A program made the position numbers and the translations under genes. The notes beneath the pieces were generated by a model. It was not told the origin of the DNA. It made no database searches and saw only the letters and a list, made by a program, of their open reading frames with translations. A DNA stretch of 64,000 nt, taken from assembly GCA_964416275.1 (NCBI GenBank), contig CAYQDU010000002.1, positions 1,282 to 65,281 on the forward strand. Reading direction: 5' to 3'. Shown here piece by piece: positions 49,706 to 59,371 of this stretch. This DNA is from an uncultured Anaerolinea sp. GTDB taxonomy: Bacteria; Chloroflexota; Anaerolineae; Anaerolineales; UBA4823. Numbering within the stretch: the stretch's first letter is position 1; each line of letters begins with the position of its first letter.

Positions 49706-51250
49706 ATGTCGGGCGATAACCTGACCAAAAAGGCGTACCTCAATGCGCTGACCGCCATTCTGGATTATGGGGCCACGCTGTTGGTGGGATTCCTGATGAC
49801 GCCGCTGCTGGTGGCCGGGCTGGGCGATTATTTCTACGGGCTGTGGCAAATCCTGAACCGGCTGGTGGGCTACCTGACCCCCGCCAGCGGCCGCCCGGCC
49901 CAGGCCCTCAAATGGACTCTGGCGAATCTGCAAGAGTCGGACGACGATGCCCTGAAGCGGCGGCAGGTGGGCAGCACCCTCCTGGTCTGGCTGATCTTCC
50001 TGCCTTTGATGGCGGTAAGCGGGGCGGCGCTGGCCTGGCTGGCGCCAGGATGGCTGAACATCGAGGCATCCTATGTGGCGATTGCGCGCCTGACCATCGG
50101 CCTGCTGGTGGGCAACGTGATTGTCTACAGCCTGGCGACTACCCCGCAGTCGATCCTGGAAGGGCAGAACCTGGGCTATAAGCGGATGGGCCTCTCGGCG
50201 GTGATGGTGTTCGTGGGCGGCGGCGTTACCTGGCTGGCCCTGTATCTTCACACCGGGATCATCGGGGTAGCGGCGGCGGTGCTGATTTCGACCGTCTTGA
50301 ACGGTCTGTTCTACCTCAAAGTGGCCTACGATTTCTTGCCCTGGCTGGGCGTGGCGCGCCCCCTGCGGCAAGAGGTGCGCGGCTTCCTGGGCCTGAGCGG
50401 CTGGTTCCTGGCCTGGAACCTGGTAACCAGCCTGATGTTCACCAGCGACGTGGTGGTATTGGGCATCCTCAGTTCGGTCGAAGCGGTTACCAGCTACACC
50501 CTCACCAAGTATGCGCCTGAAATGCTCATCAGCCTGATTGCCATCGTGGTCTTTGGCATCACCCCTGGCCTGGGCGGGCTGGTGGGCAGCGGCAACCTGA
50601 AAAAGGTGGCCGAGGTGCGCGGCGAGATTATGGCGATGTCTTGGCTGTTGGTCACGGCCATGGGGGCGGCCATCCTGCTCTGGAACCGCACCTTTCTGAC
50701 CCTGTGGGTGGGCAACGGCTATTACGCCGGCGCGCTGCCTGGCCTGCTCATCACCCTGGCGGTGGTGCAGTTGGCGCTGATCCGCAACGACGGCAACGTG
50801 ATCGACCTGACCTTGCAGCTCAAGCGCAAAGTGATCTTCGGCCTGCTGTCGGTGGTTGTATCGGTGGCTGCAGCCGCCCTGCTGCTGACATATTTTCACC
50901 TCGGCGTCATCGGCATCTGCCTGGGGACGATCTTCGGCCGCCTGCTGCTCAGTTTTGGCTACCCCATCTTTGTGGGCAATTTCTTGCAGCTCCCCTTTCG
51001 GCGGCAGCTATGGAGCGCCATCCGCCCGGGAGCCTTTGTGATCGCCTTCTTTGGGCTGATCTGCACCCTGGAACAGTGGAACGCCCAAAGCGGCTGGCTC
51101 CGGGTCTCCGGTTGGCTCGACTTTTTCTTCTATGCCGGGCTTTCCGGCCTGGTCTTCCTTCTGCTGGCCTTTTACGGCGGGCTGAACGCCCGGCAGCGCA
51201 AGCTGGTCTTTATGCGCCTGCGGCTGGCTTTCAGCAAGGTTTCGGGTTGA
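49706..51250 (+). CDS. wzx: Wzx-type oligosaccharide flippase (MOP superfamily)
   Basis: 12-14 TM helices, polysaccharide-biosynthesis-protein-like N-terminus (KKAYLNALTAILDYGATLLVGFLMTPLLVAGLGDYFYGLW). ATG 49706 is preferred; the track start is TTG 49652. Confidence 0.75.
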   Translation: MSGDNLTKKAYLNALTAILDYGATLLVGFLMTPLLVAGLGDYFYGLWQILNRLVGYLTPASGRPAQALKWTLANLQESDDDALKRRQVGSTLLVWLIFLPLMAVSGAALAWLAPGWLNIEASYVAIARLTIGLLVGNVIVYSLATTPQSILEGQNLGYKRMGLSAVMVFVGGGVTWLALYLHTGIIGVAAAVLISTVLNGLFYLKVAYDFLPWLGVARPLRQEVRGFLGLSGWFLAWNLVTSLMFTSDVVVLGILSSVEAVTSYTLTKYAPEMLISLIAIVVFGITPGLGGLVGSGNLKKVAEVRGEIMAMSWLLVTAMGAAILLWNRTFLTLWVGNGYYAGALPGLLITLAVVQLALIRNDGNVIDLTLQLKRKVIFGLLSVVVSVAAAALLLTYFHLGVIGICLGTIFGRLLLSFGYPIFVGNFLQLPFRRQLWSAIRPGAFVIAFFGLICTLEQWNAQSGWLRVSGWLDFFFYAGLSGLVFLLLAFYGGLNARQRKLVFMRLRLAFSKVSG

Positions 51251-51256
51251 GCGGCG

Positions 51257-52372
51257 ATGAAACAGGTTCAGAACCGGCTGGCGATTTTCCTGCATGGCCT
51301 GTACGAAGGCGGGGCCGAACGGACGATCCTCAACCTGGCCCAGGGATTGGCCGGGTGCGGCGTGGCGGTCGATCTGGTGCTGGCGCGGGCAGTTGGCCCG
51401 TTTCTGCCCCAGGTTCCCCCGCAGGTGCGCCTGGTCGATTTGCAGGCCGGGCGAATGCTGAGCAGCCTGCCGGCCCTGGTGGGCTACCTGCGCCGCGAGC
51501 GCCCGGACGCCCTGCTTTCGGGCATCGACTATACCAACCTGATCGCCATCCTGGCCCGGCGGCTGGCGGGGCGGCCCCGGCGGCTGGTGGTGGTCGAGCA
51601 TAATACCCTTTCCCGCCGGGTTGGCGATATGCCCGCCGCCTACCGCCGGCTGCTGCCGGCGCTCATGGGCCGGGCCTACCCCTGCTCTGATTGGGTGGTG
51701 GCGGTATCTCAGGGTGTGGCCGACGACCTGGTTCGCATGATCGGCCTGCGCCCGGAGCGCATTCGGGTCATCTCCAACCCGGTCATCACCCCCGATGTGC
51801 AGCAAAAAGCCCAGGCCTGGCTGGAACACCCCTGGTTCCAGCCAGGGCAGCCGCCGGTCTTGATCGCCGTGGGCCGCCTGACGGCTCAAAAAGACTTCCC
51901 CAACCTGCTGCAAGCGTTTGCCCGGCTGCGCCAGGCCCGGCCCGTACGCCTGATGATCCTGGGCGAAGGGGAAGCCCGCCCGGCGCTGGAGGCCCAGGCG
52001 GCGGCCCTGGGGCTGGCAGGCGAGATCAGCCTGCCAGGGTTTGTCGATAACCCCTACCCGTATATGGCGCACGGAGCGGTCTATGTCCTATCCTCGCAGT
52101 GGGAAGGGCTGCCCACCGTGTTGATCGAGGCCCTGTACTGCGGCCTGCCCATCGTGGCGACCGACTGCCCCAGCGGGCCGAGAGAAATTCTGCAAGCCGG
52201 GCGGTTTGGGCGGCTCGTTCCGATGGGCGACGCCGGGGCGCTGGCCGCAGCCATCGAAGACGCCCTGGATGGGCGGGTTGCGCCCGCCCCGACAGCCAGT
52301 TGGGCCCCCTATACCCTGGAACACACTCTCGACCAATACCGGCAAGTCTTGTTTGAAGTATCCCCTCATTAA
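51257..52372 (+). CDS. glycosyltransferase family 4 (GT-B)
   Basis: LSSQWEGLPTVLIEALYCGLPIVATDCPSGPREIL (E-x7-E region). Confidence 0.9.
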   Translation: MKQVQNRLAIFLHGLYEGGAERTILNLAQGLAGCGVAVDLVLARAVGPFLPQVPPQVRLVDLQAGRMLSSLPALVGYLRRERPDALLSGIDYTNLIAILARRLAGRPRRLVVVEHNTLSRRVGDMPAAYRRLLPALMGRAYPCSDWVVAVSQGVADDLVRMIGLRPERIRVISNPVITPDVQQKAQAWLEHPWFQPGQPPVLIAVGRLTAQKDFPNLLQAFARLRQARPVRLMILGEGEARPALEAQAAALGLAGEISLPGFVDNPYPYMAHGAVYVLSSQWEGLPTVLIEALYCGLPIVATDCPSGPREILQAGRFGRLVPMGDAGALAAAIEDALDGRVAPAPTASWAPYTLEHTLDQYRQVLFEVSPH

Positions 52373-52380
52373 ACTATGGA

Positions 52381-52559
52381 GGCTCTTCCGGCTTCGCCGG
52401 GAAAGAAGAGCTACTGTGGAACAGGCATGGCGCTCTTCAAGCGCCATCAAAAAGAGATGTTACGTGGATTTTGTCGCCCGAAGTGCGACAAAATCCACGA
52501 GTAATCCTCTCTGGGCAAGGCTCGCCAGTCACCCCCACGGTTGCATGGGAAGCTACCCT
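52381..52559. repeat. mosaic repeat: type-1 left arm + H3 hairpin (52427-52447) + H2 hairpin (52465-52497) + M4 tail
   Basis: GGCTCTTCCGGCTTCGCCGGGAAAGAAG; ATGGCGCT-CTTCA-AGCGCCAT; TGGATTTTGTCGCCC-GAAG-TGCGACAAAATCCA; CTCGCCAGTCACCCCCACGGTTGCATGGGAAGCTACCC. Confidence 0.85.
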
Positions 52560-52571
52560 GTTTGAAAACGC

Positions 52572-53795
52572 ATGATTAACCGGATTTTGCTCTGGCTATC
52601 GCTGGCGCTGATCTTCAGCATCCCCTGGGAGGATATGATCAGCCTGCCCGTCATCGGCTCGATGGCCCGGCTGGCCGGGATGGTGGTCTTTGCGGCCTGG
52701 GCCGGCAAGACGCTGCTCACCGGGCGGCTGCGCAAGCCGCATCTGTTCCACGGGCTGGTGTATTTCTTTCTGATGTGGACCATCCTGGGCCTGTTCTGGA
52801 CGTATGGATTTGCAGAAACCAAGGCCCGCGTCATCACCTACAGCCAACTGCTGCTCATGACACTCATTTTCTGGGATACCTATCGCACGCCCGGCGCGCT
52901 CAACGCCGCCTTGCAAGCATACGTCTTTGGGGCCTGGGTGGGCGTGGGCAATATGCTGATGAACTTCCTGTCTGGCGTGCGCATCGACGCGTATGAAGTG
53001 GGGCGCTACAGCGCCAGCGGGGTCAACGCTGGCGATTTTGTGATCCTGCTGACCCTGGCGCTGCCGATGGCCTGGTATCTGGCGCGGTTCGCCAGAGGAT
53101 ACACCCGTAGCCGGGCGCTGCGCGTCATCAACTATGCCTACGTGCCGGTGGCTGGGTCGGTGGTCTTCCTGACCGGCAGCCGCCTGTCGCTGTTTGTGAT
53201 CATCCCAGCCCTGCTGTACGTCTTCGGCACCCTGATCCAACCCCGGCGCATCCTGACCAGCATGCTGATGTTGATCGCCCTGACCGGGGCGCTGCTGATC
53301 TTCCAGTCGTTCATCCCCGAAGCCACCTGGGCCCGGCTGACTTCGGCGGGGTCGTCCATCTCTTCGGGCGACCTGGGCGGGCGGGTTCCCCTGTGGAAAG
53401 AAAGCCTCAAGGCGTTTGCCGAACATCCCATCACCGGGGTGGGCAGCGGGGCCTTTCGAGTGGTCAACCCCTACAAGGCGGTGGCCCATAATACATATCT
53501 TTCGGTGCTGGCCGAGCAGGGGCTGGTTGGGTTTGGCCTGTTCGCCGCCATTCTGGCAGTAGTCTTTTTGGCTGCGATGCAGCACCCGCGCCGCGAGCAG
53601 CTCTTCTGGGTGACGACCCTGGCGGTTTTGCTGGTTGGGATTACAGTGCAGACCTGGGAGTTCACCAAGACCACCTTCTTGATCTTCAGTCTGGTGGTCA
53701 TCGGCGCCAACGTGACCGAGCCGCAGGCGGCGGAAGCCGCTCCGGCTCCGGCTGTCCCGGCCAGGCAAACTGCGGAAGGAAGGCTGGGCGTATGA
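52572..53795 (+). CDS. O-antigen ligase/polymerase family membrane protein (Wzy-like)
   Basis: 10 or more TM helices. HNTYLSVLAEQGLVGFGLF is the signature of the Wzy_C/O-antigen ligase domain. Confidence 0.8.
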   Translation: MINRILLWLSLALIFSIPWEDMISLPVIGSMARLAGMVVFAAWAGKTLLTGRLRKPHLFHGLVYFFLMWTILGLFWTYGFAETKARVITYSQLLLMTLIFWDTYRTPGALNAALQAYVFGAWVGVGNMLMNFLSGVRIDAYEVGRYSASGVNAGDFVILLTLALPMAWYLARFARGYTRSRALRVINYAYVPVAGSVVFLTGSRLSLFVIIPALLYVFGTLIQPRRILTSMLMLIALTGALLIFQSFIPEATWARLTSAGSSISSGDLGGRVPLWKESLKAFAEHPITGVGSGAFRVVNPYKAVAHNTYLSVLAEQGLVGFGLFAAILAVVFLAAMQHPRREQLFWVTTLAVLLVGITVQTWEFTKTTFLIFSLVVIGANVTEPQAAEAAPAPAVPARQTAEGRLGV

Positions 53796-55231
53796 ACCTG
53801 CGCCAGTCAGGCCTGGTGGTGTGCCTGCTGCTGGCAGCCTGCCGGCCGGCGGTCGGGGCGGCTGCGCCTACGGCCTCGCCCACGAGCGCGCCCACCCAGG
53901 CGCGCCCGGCCCAGGCAACGAGCGCCGCGCCCGCCGCCCCGCTGGCCTTTCCGGGGGCCGAGGGCTTTGGAGCGCACAGCCTGGGCGGGCGCGGCGGGCA
54001 GGTGATCGAGGTCACCACCCTGGAAGATCATGGCCCCGGCTCGCTGCGGGCCGCCATCGAAGCTGAGGGGCCGCGCCTGGTGGTCTTCCGCATCGCCGGG
54101 ACGATTGAAGTCGAAACCGCCCTGGAGATCGCCCACCCCTACATCACCATCGCCGGGCAGACCGCCCCCGGCGATGGGATTACCCTCAAGAACGCTCCAT
54201 CCAACCCCGACGGCCCGCTGATCGTCAACACCCACGATGTGATCCTGCGCTACATCCGCTCGCGGCCCGGCCCGCCAGCCGGCCCATCCGAAAATGGGGA
54301 TGCCATTGAAATCCTGGGCGATGCCGCCCATAACGTCATCGTCGATCACTGCTCGTTTAGCTGGGCCATCGACGAGGTTGCTTCCATCTGGTACGCGGCG
54401 CGCGACATCACCTTGCAGTGGTCAATCATCTCTGAGGGGCTGCATTGCAGCCGGCACACCAAGGGCTGCCACAGCATGGGGCTGATCGTAGGCAGCACAG
54501 GCGCGAAGGACATCAGCATCCATCACAACCTGCTGGCCTCCAATCACGAACGCAACCCCCTGGTCGAAACCAGCGGTGTGGTGGATGTGGTGAACAACGT
54601 CATCTACAATGCCTGGGGGTCTCCAGCCCTGGTATCCGACGAGTACGGGCCGGTCTCGGCCAACTATGTAGCGAATTATATGCGCTTCGGGCCAGATAGC
54701 GACCCCAGCAAGAGCCTGGTGAGCGTGCAAAATGAGGCCGGGAACGGGGCGCAGGTGTATGTAACAGGCAATATCACCCCCCGACGGCCCTCCGACGACC
54801 TGGACCAGGCCCTGGCCGTCAAACCTGAGGCGCGCCAGTGGATCGTGAGCCAGCCCTTCCCGGCGGCCCCGGTCGCCGCCCAACCGGCGCAGCAAGCCTA
54901 CGAGCGGGTTCTGGCCGAGGCGGGGGCCAGCCTGCGCCTGGACGAGCAGGGCGCAGCCATCTCCCGGCGCGATGCGGTCGACCAGCGCATTGTGAGCGAA
55001 GTCCAGGCCGGGACCGGCAAGATCATCGACGACCCGGCCCAGGTGGGCGGCTGGCCCAGCCTGGCCCCCGGCGCCCCCTACCCCGACGCAGATCACGACG
55101 CTATGCCCGACGCCTGGGAGCAGCAGTATGGCTTTGATCCGCACAACGCCTCCGACGGCCCGGCCGACGCCGATGGAGACGGCTATACCAACGTCGAAGA
55201 ATTCCTCAATGGTTCTAACCCCTTACAGTGA
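53792..55231 (+). CDS. secreted/lipoprotein pectate-lyase-fold polysaccharide lyase with C-terminal Ca-binding (thrombospondin type 3-like) repeats
   Basis: Lipobox-like LLLAAC. FPGAEGFGAHSLGGRGGQVIEVTTLEDHGPGSLRAAIE...RLVVFRIAGTIE (PL1-like). DADHDAMPDAWE and DADGDGYTNVEEFLNGSNP. Confidence 0.7.
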   Translation: MNLRQSGLVVCLLLAACRPAVGAAAPTASPTSAPTQARPAQATSAAPAAPLAFPGAEGFGAHSLGGRGGQVIEVTTLEDHGPGSLRAAIEAEGPRLVVFRIAGTIEVETALEIAHPYITIAGQTAPGDGITLKNAPSNPDGPLIVNTHDVILRYIRSRPGPPAGPSENGDAIEILGDAAHNVIVDHCSFSWAIDEVASIWYAARDITLQWSIISEGLHCSRHTKGCHSMGLIVGSTGAKDISIHHNLLASNHERNPLVETSGVVDVVNNVIYNAWGSPALVSDEYGPVSANYVANYMRFGPDSDPSKSLVSVQNEAGNGAQVYVTGNITPRRPSDDLDQALAVKPEARQWIVSQPFPAAPVAAQPAQQAYERVLAEAGASLRLDEQGAAISRRDAVDQRIVSEVQAGTGKIIDDPAQVGGWPSLAPGAPYPDADHDAMPDAWEQQYGFDPHNASDGPADADGDGYTNVEEFLNGSNPLQ

Positions 55232-56867
55232 CGCACGTCCAACCAATCGAAAACTGCGTTTAGGCCTCCTGATCGACTCGCTGGAGGTCGAAGCCTGGGT
55301 GTTTCGCTGCCTGGAAAAACTCCTGGCCGCTCAGATTGCAGACCTGGCTGTTCTGATTCTCAACGCCGATGCGCCGCGCCAGGGCAGGGATGAGCGGCTG
55401 CCGTGGGCGTATCGCCTGTACAACCGGGCCGATGCAGCCCTGTTCGGGCTAGCCCCCAGCGCGTTCGAAAAGAAGTCGCTGCGCCTCCTGCTCCCCGAAG
55501 TGCGCCTGATGTCGGTACGGCCCGAATACCGGGAGCCCGGCTGTGAGATCGCCCCGGCCGACGTGGCCTGGATCAAAGGCGAAGACCTGGACCTGCTGCT
55601 CAACTTCGGATTCGACGGCCTGGGCGGGCAGATTGCCGCCGCGGCCCGCGGCGGGGTCTGGGCCTACGCCTGGGGACAGGGCGGCGTCCCGGCGGGATAT
55701 TGGGAGGCGTTGTATGGCTTGCCGGAGACCGCCGCGGCGGTGGTGCGGGTCTGCAAGCCAGACGAGCGGCAGGTTTTAGCCCGCGCCTGGCATTTCACGT
55801 ACCCGTTCTCGGCGGCGCGCAATTGCAACGCCCTGTATTGGGAGGCAAGCAGCCTCCTGCCCCGGCTGGTGAGCCGCCTGCAGCGCCAGGGCCAGGCCGC
55901 CTTCTTTGCCAGCCTGCCAGACGAAGCCGCCCCGGCGGAAATGAAGCCAGCCCCGGCCGGCCGGCAGATTGTCCGAATGGCGGCCCGCATCGGGCGCGAA
56001 GCCTACCGGCGCACCGCTACCCGTCCAACCTGGTACCTGCGGTTTGGGCTGCAGGCCGCGCCGTTGAGCGGCGAGCTGCAAAATGCGATTGCCGGCTTCG
56101 CCTCGCTCCGCCCGCCCAAAGATCGCTTCTGGGCCGACCCACACGTGGTTTTCGAGAACCATACCTACTACGTGTTTGTGGAAGAGTACCTGTATGCGGC
56201 GCGCAAGGGGCACATCTCGGTCATCGAGATCAGGCCCGACGGCAGCTATCGTCCACCGGAACGGGTCTTGGAGACCGATTATCATCTATCGTACCCGTTC
56301 GTGTTCAACTGGCAAGGCCAGTATTATTTGATCCCCGAATCGGCCCATCACCATACGATTGACCTGTACGAATGCGTTGAATTTCCGCGGCGCTGGAAGT
56401 TCTGCCTGAGCCTGATGGAGAACGTGCGGGCGGTGGATACCACCCTGTTCTACCACCAGGATCGCTGGTGGCTGTTCACCGCCCTGAGCGAAGAAGGCCG
56501 CGCCGTGATGCCATCGGAACTGCATCTATTCTCCGCCCCGCATTTCCTGACCCGTGATTGGACCCCCCACCCCCATAACCCGGTCGTCGCCGACATCAAA
56601 AAGGCCCGCCCGGCCGGGCGCATCTTTCAGCGCCAGGGGAAAATCTATCGCCCATCGCAGTATTCGCATGGTGTGTATGGATATGGTTTCGACCTGAACG
56701 AGGTGCTGACCCTCTCGCCAGACGACTACGCCGAAAGACGGGTTTGCGCGGTGCGCCCCACCTGGGAAGATGCCGTCTACGGCGCGGCGCGGGGCACCCA
56801 CACCTTCGCCCAGGTTGGCGATCTGACCATGATTGACGCATTTACCTACCGGAGCAGGTTGCAATGA
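55209..56867 (+). CDS. two-domain hypothetical protein (formyltransferase-like N-terminus; GH43-like/beta-propeller-like C-terminus)
   Basis: Start moved to ATG 55209. DLDLLLNFGF resembles a formyltransferase core. The C-terminal part is DRFWADPHVVFENHTYYVFVEEY ... YPFVFNWQGQYYLIPES ... DRWWLFTA. Assignments are tentative. Confidence 0.45.
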   Translation: MVLTPYSDARPTNRKLRLGLLIDSLEVEAWVFRCLEKLLAAQIADLAVLILNADAPRQGRDERLPWAYRLYNRADAALFGLAPSAFEKKSLRLLLPEVRLMSVRPEYREPGCEIAPADVAWIKGEDLDLLLNFGFDGLGGQIAAAARGGVWAYAWGQGGVPAGYWEALYGLPETAAAVVRVCKPDERQVLARAWHFTYPFSAARNCNALYWEASSLLPRLVSRLQRQGQAAFFASLPDEAAPAEMKPAPAGRQIVRMAARIGREAYRRTATRPTWYLRFGLQAAPLSGELQNAIAGFASLRPPKDRFWADPHVVFENHTYYVFVEEYLYAARKGHISVIEIRPDGSYRPPERVLETDYHLSYPFVFNWQGQYYLIPESAHHHTIDLYECVEFPRRWKFCLSLMENVRAVDTTLFYHQDRWWLFTALSEEGRAVMPSELHLFSAPHFLTRDWTPHPHNPVVADIKKARPAGRIFQRQGKIYRPSQYSHGVYGYGFDLNEVLTLSPDDYAERRVCAVRPTWEDAVYGAARGTHTFAQVGDLTMIDAFTYRSRLQ

Positions 56868-58048
56868 TAACCGAAATGGTGAAAGAGACAACTGCCTTAA
56901 ACGCTTCCACCGCCCGGCCGCGGGTACTGGTCTCCGGGCATTTGCCCCCGCCAGTGGGCGGGATTGCCACCTATTTCCTGGCCCTGGTGAACTCAGAACT
57001 GCCCGAACTGGTGGATTTTGCGTTCGTTCAAACCAGCACGCAAAAGCGCGCCCTGGCCGACAGCGGGCGCTTCAACCTGCGCAACCTGCTGTGGGCGGCC
57101 CAGGACTGCGCTCGCTTTGCCGCCGCCGTGCTGAAACATCGCCCCCAGGTGGTGCATATCTCCACTGCCTTCGGCGTTTCGTTCCTCAAACACAGCCTGT
57201 GCGTGTGGATCGCCCGGCTAGCGGGCTGCCGGGTGCTGCTTCACCCCCGCTGCAGCATCAGCGTGCTGTATCTGAACCGCTCGAAGCTGGGCCGCTGGTA
57301 TTTCCGCCAGGTGGTGCGCCAGACCAGCGGCGTGCTGGCCCTATCGCGCGAGTGGATGCAACTGAAGTCCATCGTCCCGTCTTGCACGGTCTATTACCTG
57401 CCCAATGCTATTGACCAGACCCCCTACCGCCCAATTGCATCCGAGCGGCTGGCGCGCCCGGCCGGCCAGCCGCCGCTGCGCCTGCTCTATCTGGGCTACC
57501 TGGGCCGCGATAAGGGCAGCTTCGACCTGGTGGAAGCCGCCCGGCTTTTGCAAGCCGCCGGCCAATCGTTTCACCTCGACTTGGTAGGCGATGAGCTGCA
57601 TCCTGGCGAAAAGGCCGAATTGAGCCGCCGGATCGAGGCCGCCGGGCTGGAAGATTGCGTACAGGTGCACCCGCCCGCTTATAACCAGGAGAAGCTGGCC
57701 TTTTTCCGCAACGCCGATCTATTCATCTACCCCTCACACCACGAAGGGCTGCCCAATGCGGTCATCGAGGCTATGGCCTGCGCCCTGCCGGTTATCGCCA
57801 CCCGGGTGGGCGGCATCCCCGACCAGGTGCAGGAGGGGGTCAACGGCTTTCTCTCCGAGCGGGGCGACGCCCCGGCCCTGGCGGCTTCTGTGCAGAAGCT
57901 CCTGGCAGACCCGGCCCTGCGCCGAAAGATGCAGATCGCCAGCGCCCGACTGGCGCGCGAACAATACGATATGACCCTGTACGTGCCACGCCTGGCGGCG
58001 TTGTATCGCCAGGTGAACGCCGACGGTCAGCCGTCGATCGCCCATTGA
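56864..58048 (+). CDS. glycosyltransferase family 4 (GT-B)
   Basis: PSHHEGLPNAVIEAMACALPVIATRVGGIPDQVQEGVNGFL. Confidence 0.9.
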   Translation: MITEMVKETTALNASTARPRVLVSGHLPPPVGGIATYFLALVNSELPELVDFAFVQTSTQKRALADSGRFNLRNLLWAAQDCARFAAAVLKHRPQVVHISTAFGVSFLKHSLCVWIARLAGCRVLLHPRCSISVLYLNRSKLGRWYFRQVVRQTSGVLALSREWMQLKSIVPSCTVYYLPNAIDQTPYRPIASERLARPAGQPPLRLLYLGYLGRDKGSFDLVEAARLLQAAGQSFHLDLVGDELHPGEKAELSRRIEAAGLEDCVQVHPPAYNQEKLAFFRNADLFIYPSHHEGLPNAVIEAMACALPVIATRVGGIPDQVQEGVNGFLSERGDAPALAASVQKLLADPALRRKMQIASARLAREQYDMTLYVPRLAALYRQVNADGQPSIAH

Positions 58049-58081
58049 CCTTTTCCATTCTTCCAGTCGGCCCTGTTCCCC

Positions 58082-59371
58082 ATGCGCATCCTGTTTATTG
58101 CTCCCCATTACGCCCCCGATCTTGGTCCCAGCGCCCCGCTGTTCGTCCTGCTGGCCGAAGACCTGGCGCAGCGCGGCCACGCGGTGACGGTGGTGACCAC
58201 TGTGCCGCATTACCCCAGCGGGCAGGTTTCGCCGGGGTATCGCGGGTTCAAGAATTTCCATTCGGTCGAAAACGGGGTTGAAGTCATTCGGGTGGCGCTG
58301 CCTTCGGTGAAGCGCGCCAACCTGGTCTATCGGTTGGCCCAGTTCCTATGCTACCAACTGCGCGCCACGCTCGCCATCTTGACCCGCAGCTACGATGTGG
58401 CCTTGGTGGCAAACCCCTGTCTGTGGGTCTGGCTGCCGTTCTGGTGGGCGGTTGCGGTGCGGCGCAAACCAGGGGTCTATTCGGTCTACGATGTTTACCC
58501 CGATGTGGGAATTGCGTTGGGCATCTTTCGCCATCGGCTGGTAATCCGGGCGGTAGCGGCTCTGGAGGGCTACTGCCTGCGGCGCGCCCAGGCGGTGCAT
58601 GTGCTGGCCGATTCGTTCCGCCCGGGTCTGCGGGCGCTGGGCGTGGCGGATGCGAAGATGAAAACCATCCCGGTGTGGGTTGATACGCGCTTCATTCGCC
58701 CGCTGCCCCGGCAGAACGCCTTCTCGCAGGCGCACGGGCTGGATACAGCCTTTACGTTGCTCTACGCCGGGAACATGGGCTATTCGCAGGGCCTGGAAGA
58801 CCTGATCGAGGCCGCCCGGCAGATGCAAGCCGAGCCAGACGTGCGCTTTGTGCTGGTTGGCGATGGGGCTTCGCGGGAAAAGCTGGTGCAGATGGCTGCC
58901 CGGTACGCGCTAAAAAACGTGATCTTCCTGCCCTTCCAACCGCGGGCCGGGCTGCCCGAAATGATGGCCAGCGCCGACGCAGCTTTTGTCGGCCTGCGCA
59001 AAGAGGTGGGCAATGATTCGCTGCCCTCTAAGATTTTCTCCATCCTGGCAAGCGGGCGGCCGATCCTGGCAAGCGTGGATGAGGCCAGCGAGGCCGGCCG
59101 CCTGATCTGCCAGGCCGAAGCCGGGATATGCCTCCCGCCGGGCGACCCGGCCCGGATTGTGGAGGCCGTGCGGCGCTTGAAAGCCGAGCGATCGCTGGGC
59201 GAAACCCTGGGCCAGAATGGCCGGCGCTGGGCGGAAGCCCATCATTCGCCCGCCTCGGCGGCCGAGAATTTCGAGGCTCTGCTGCGCCAGGCCATGCAGA
59301 TCAAAACGCCAGCCTGGCAGCCCAGGCCTGAAAATACAATATCGAAACGTTCGGAAAGGATCGACCCATGA
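58082..59371 (+). CDS. glycosyltransferase, WcaI-like (GT4)
   Basis: MRILFIAPHYAPDLGPSAPLFVLLAEDLAQRGHAVTVVTTVPHYPSG. Confidence 0.85.
   Translation: MRILFIAPHYAPDLGPSAPLFVLLAEDLAQRGHAVTVVTTVPHYPSGQVSPGYRGFKNFHSVENGVEVIRVALPSVKRANLVYRLAQFLCYQLRATLAILTRSYDVALVANPCLWVWLPFWWAVAVRRKPGVYSVYDVYPDVGIALGIFRHRLVIRAVAALEGYCLRRAQAVHVLADSFRPGLRALGVADAKMKTIPVWVDTRFIRPLPRQNAFSQAHGLDTAFTLLYAGNMGYSQGLEDLIEAARQMQAEPDVRFVLVGDGASREKLVQMAARYALKNVIFLPFQPRAGLPEMMASADAAFVGLRKEVGNDSLPSKIFSILASGRPILASVDEASEAGRLICQAEAGICLPPGDPARIVEAVRRLKAERSLGETLGQNGRRWAEAHHSPASAAENFEALLRQAMQIKTPAWQPRPENTISKRSERIDP

Noticed and set aside
2300-52559. Possibility that the recurring hairpin repeats are a CRISPR array or integron attC sites.
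   Set aside because: The copies are dispersed over 50 kb in separate intergenic gaps, with no regular repeat-spacer periodicity and no cas genes. They also lack the RYYYAAC/GTTRRRY core sites and do not flank promoterless cassettes.
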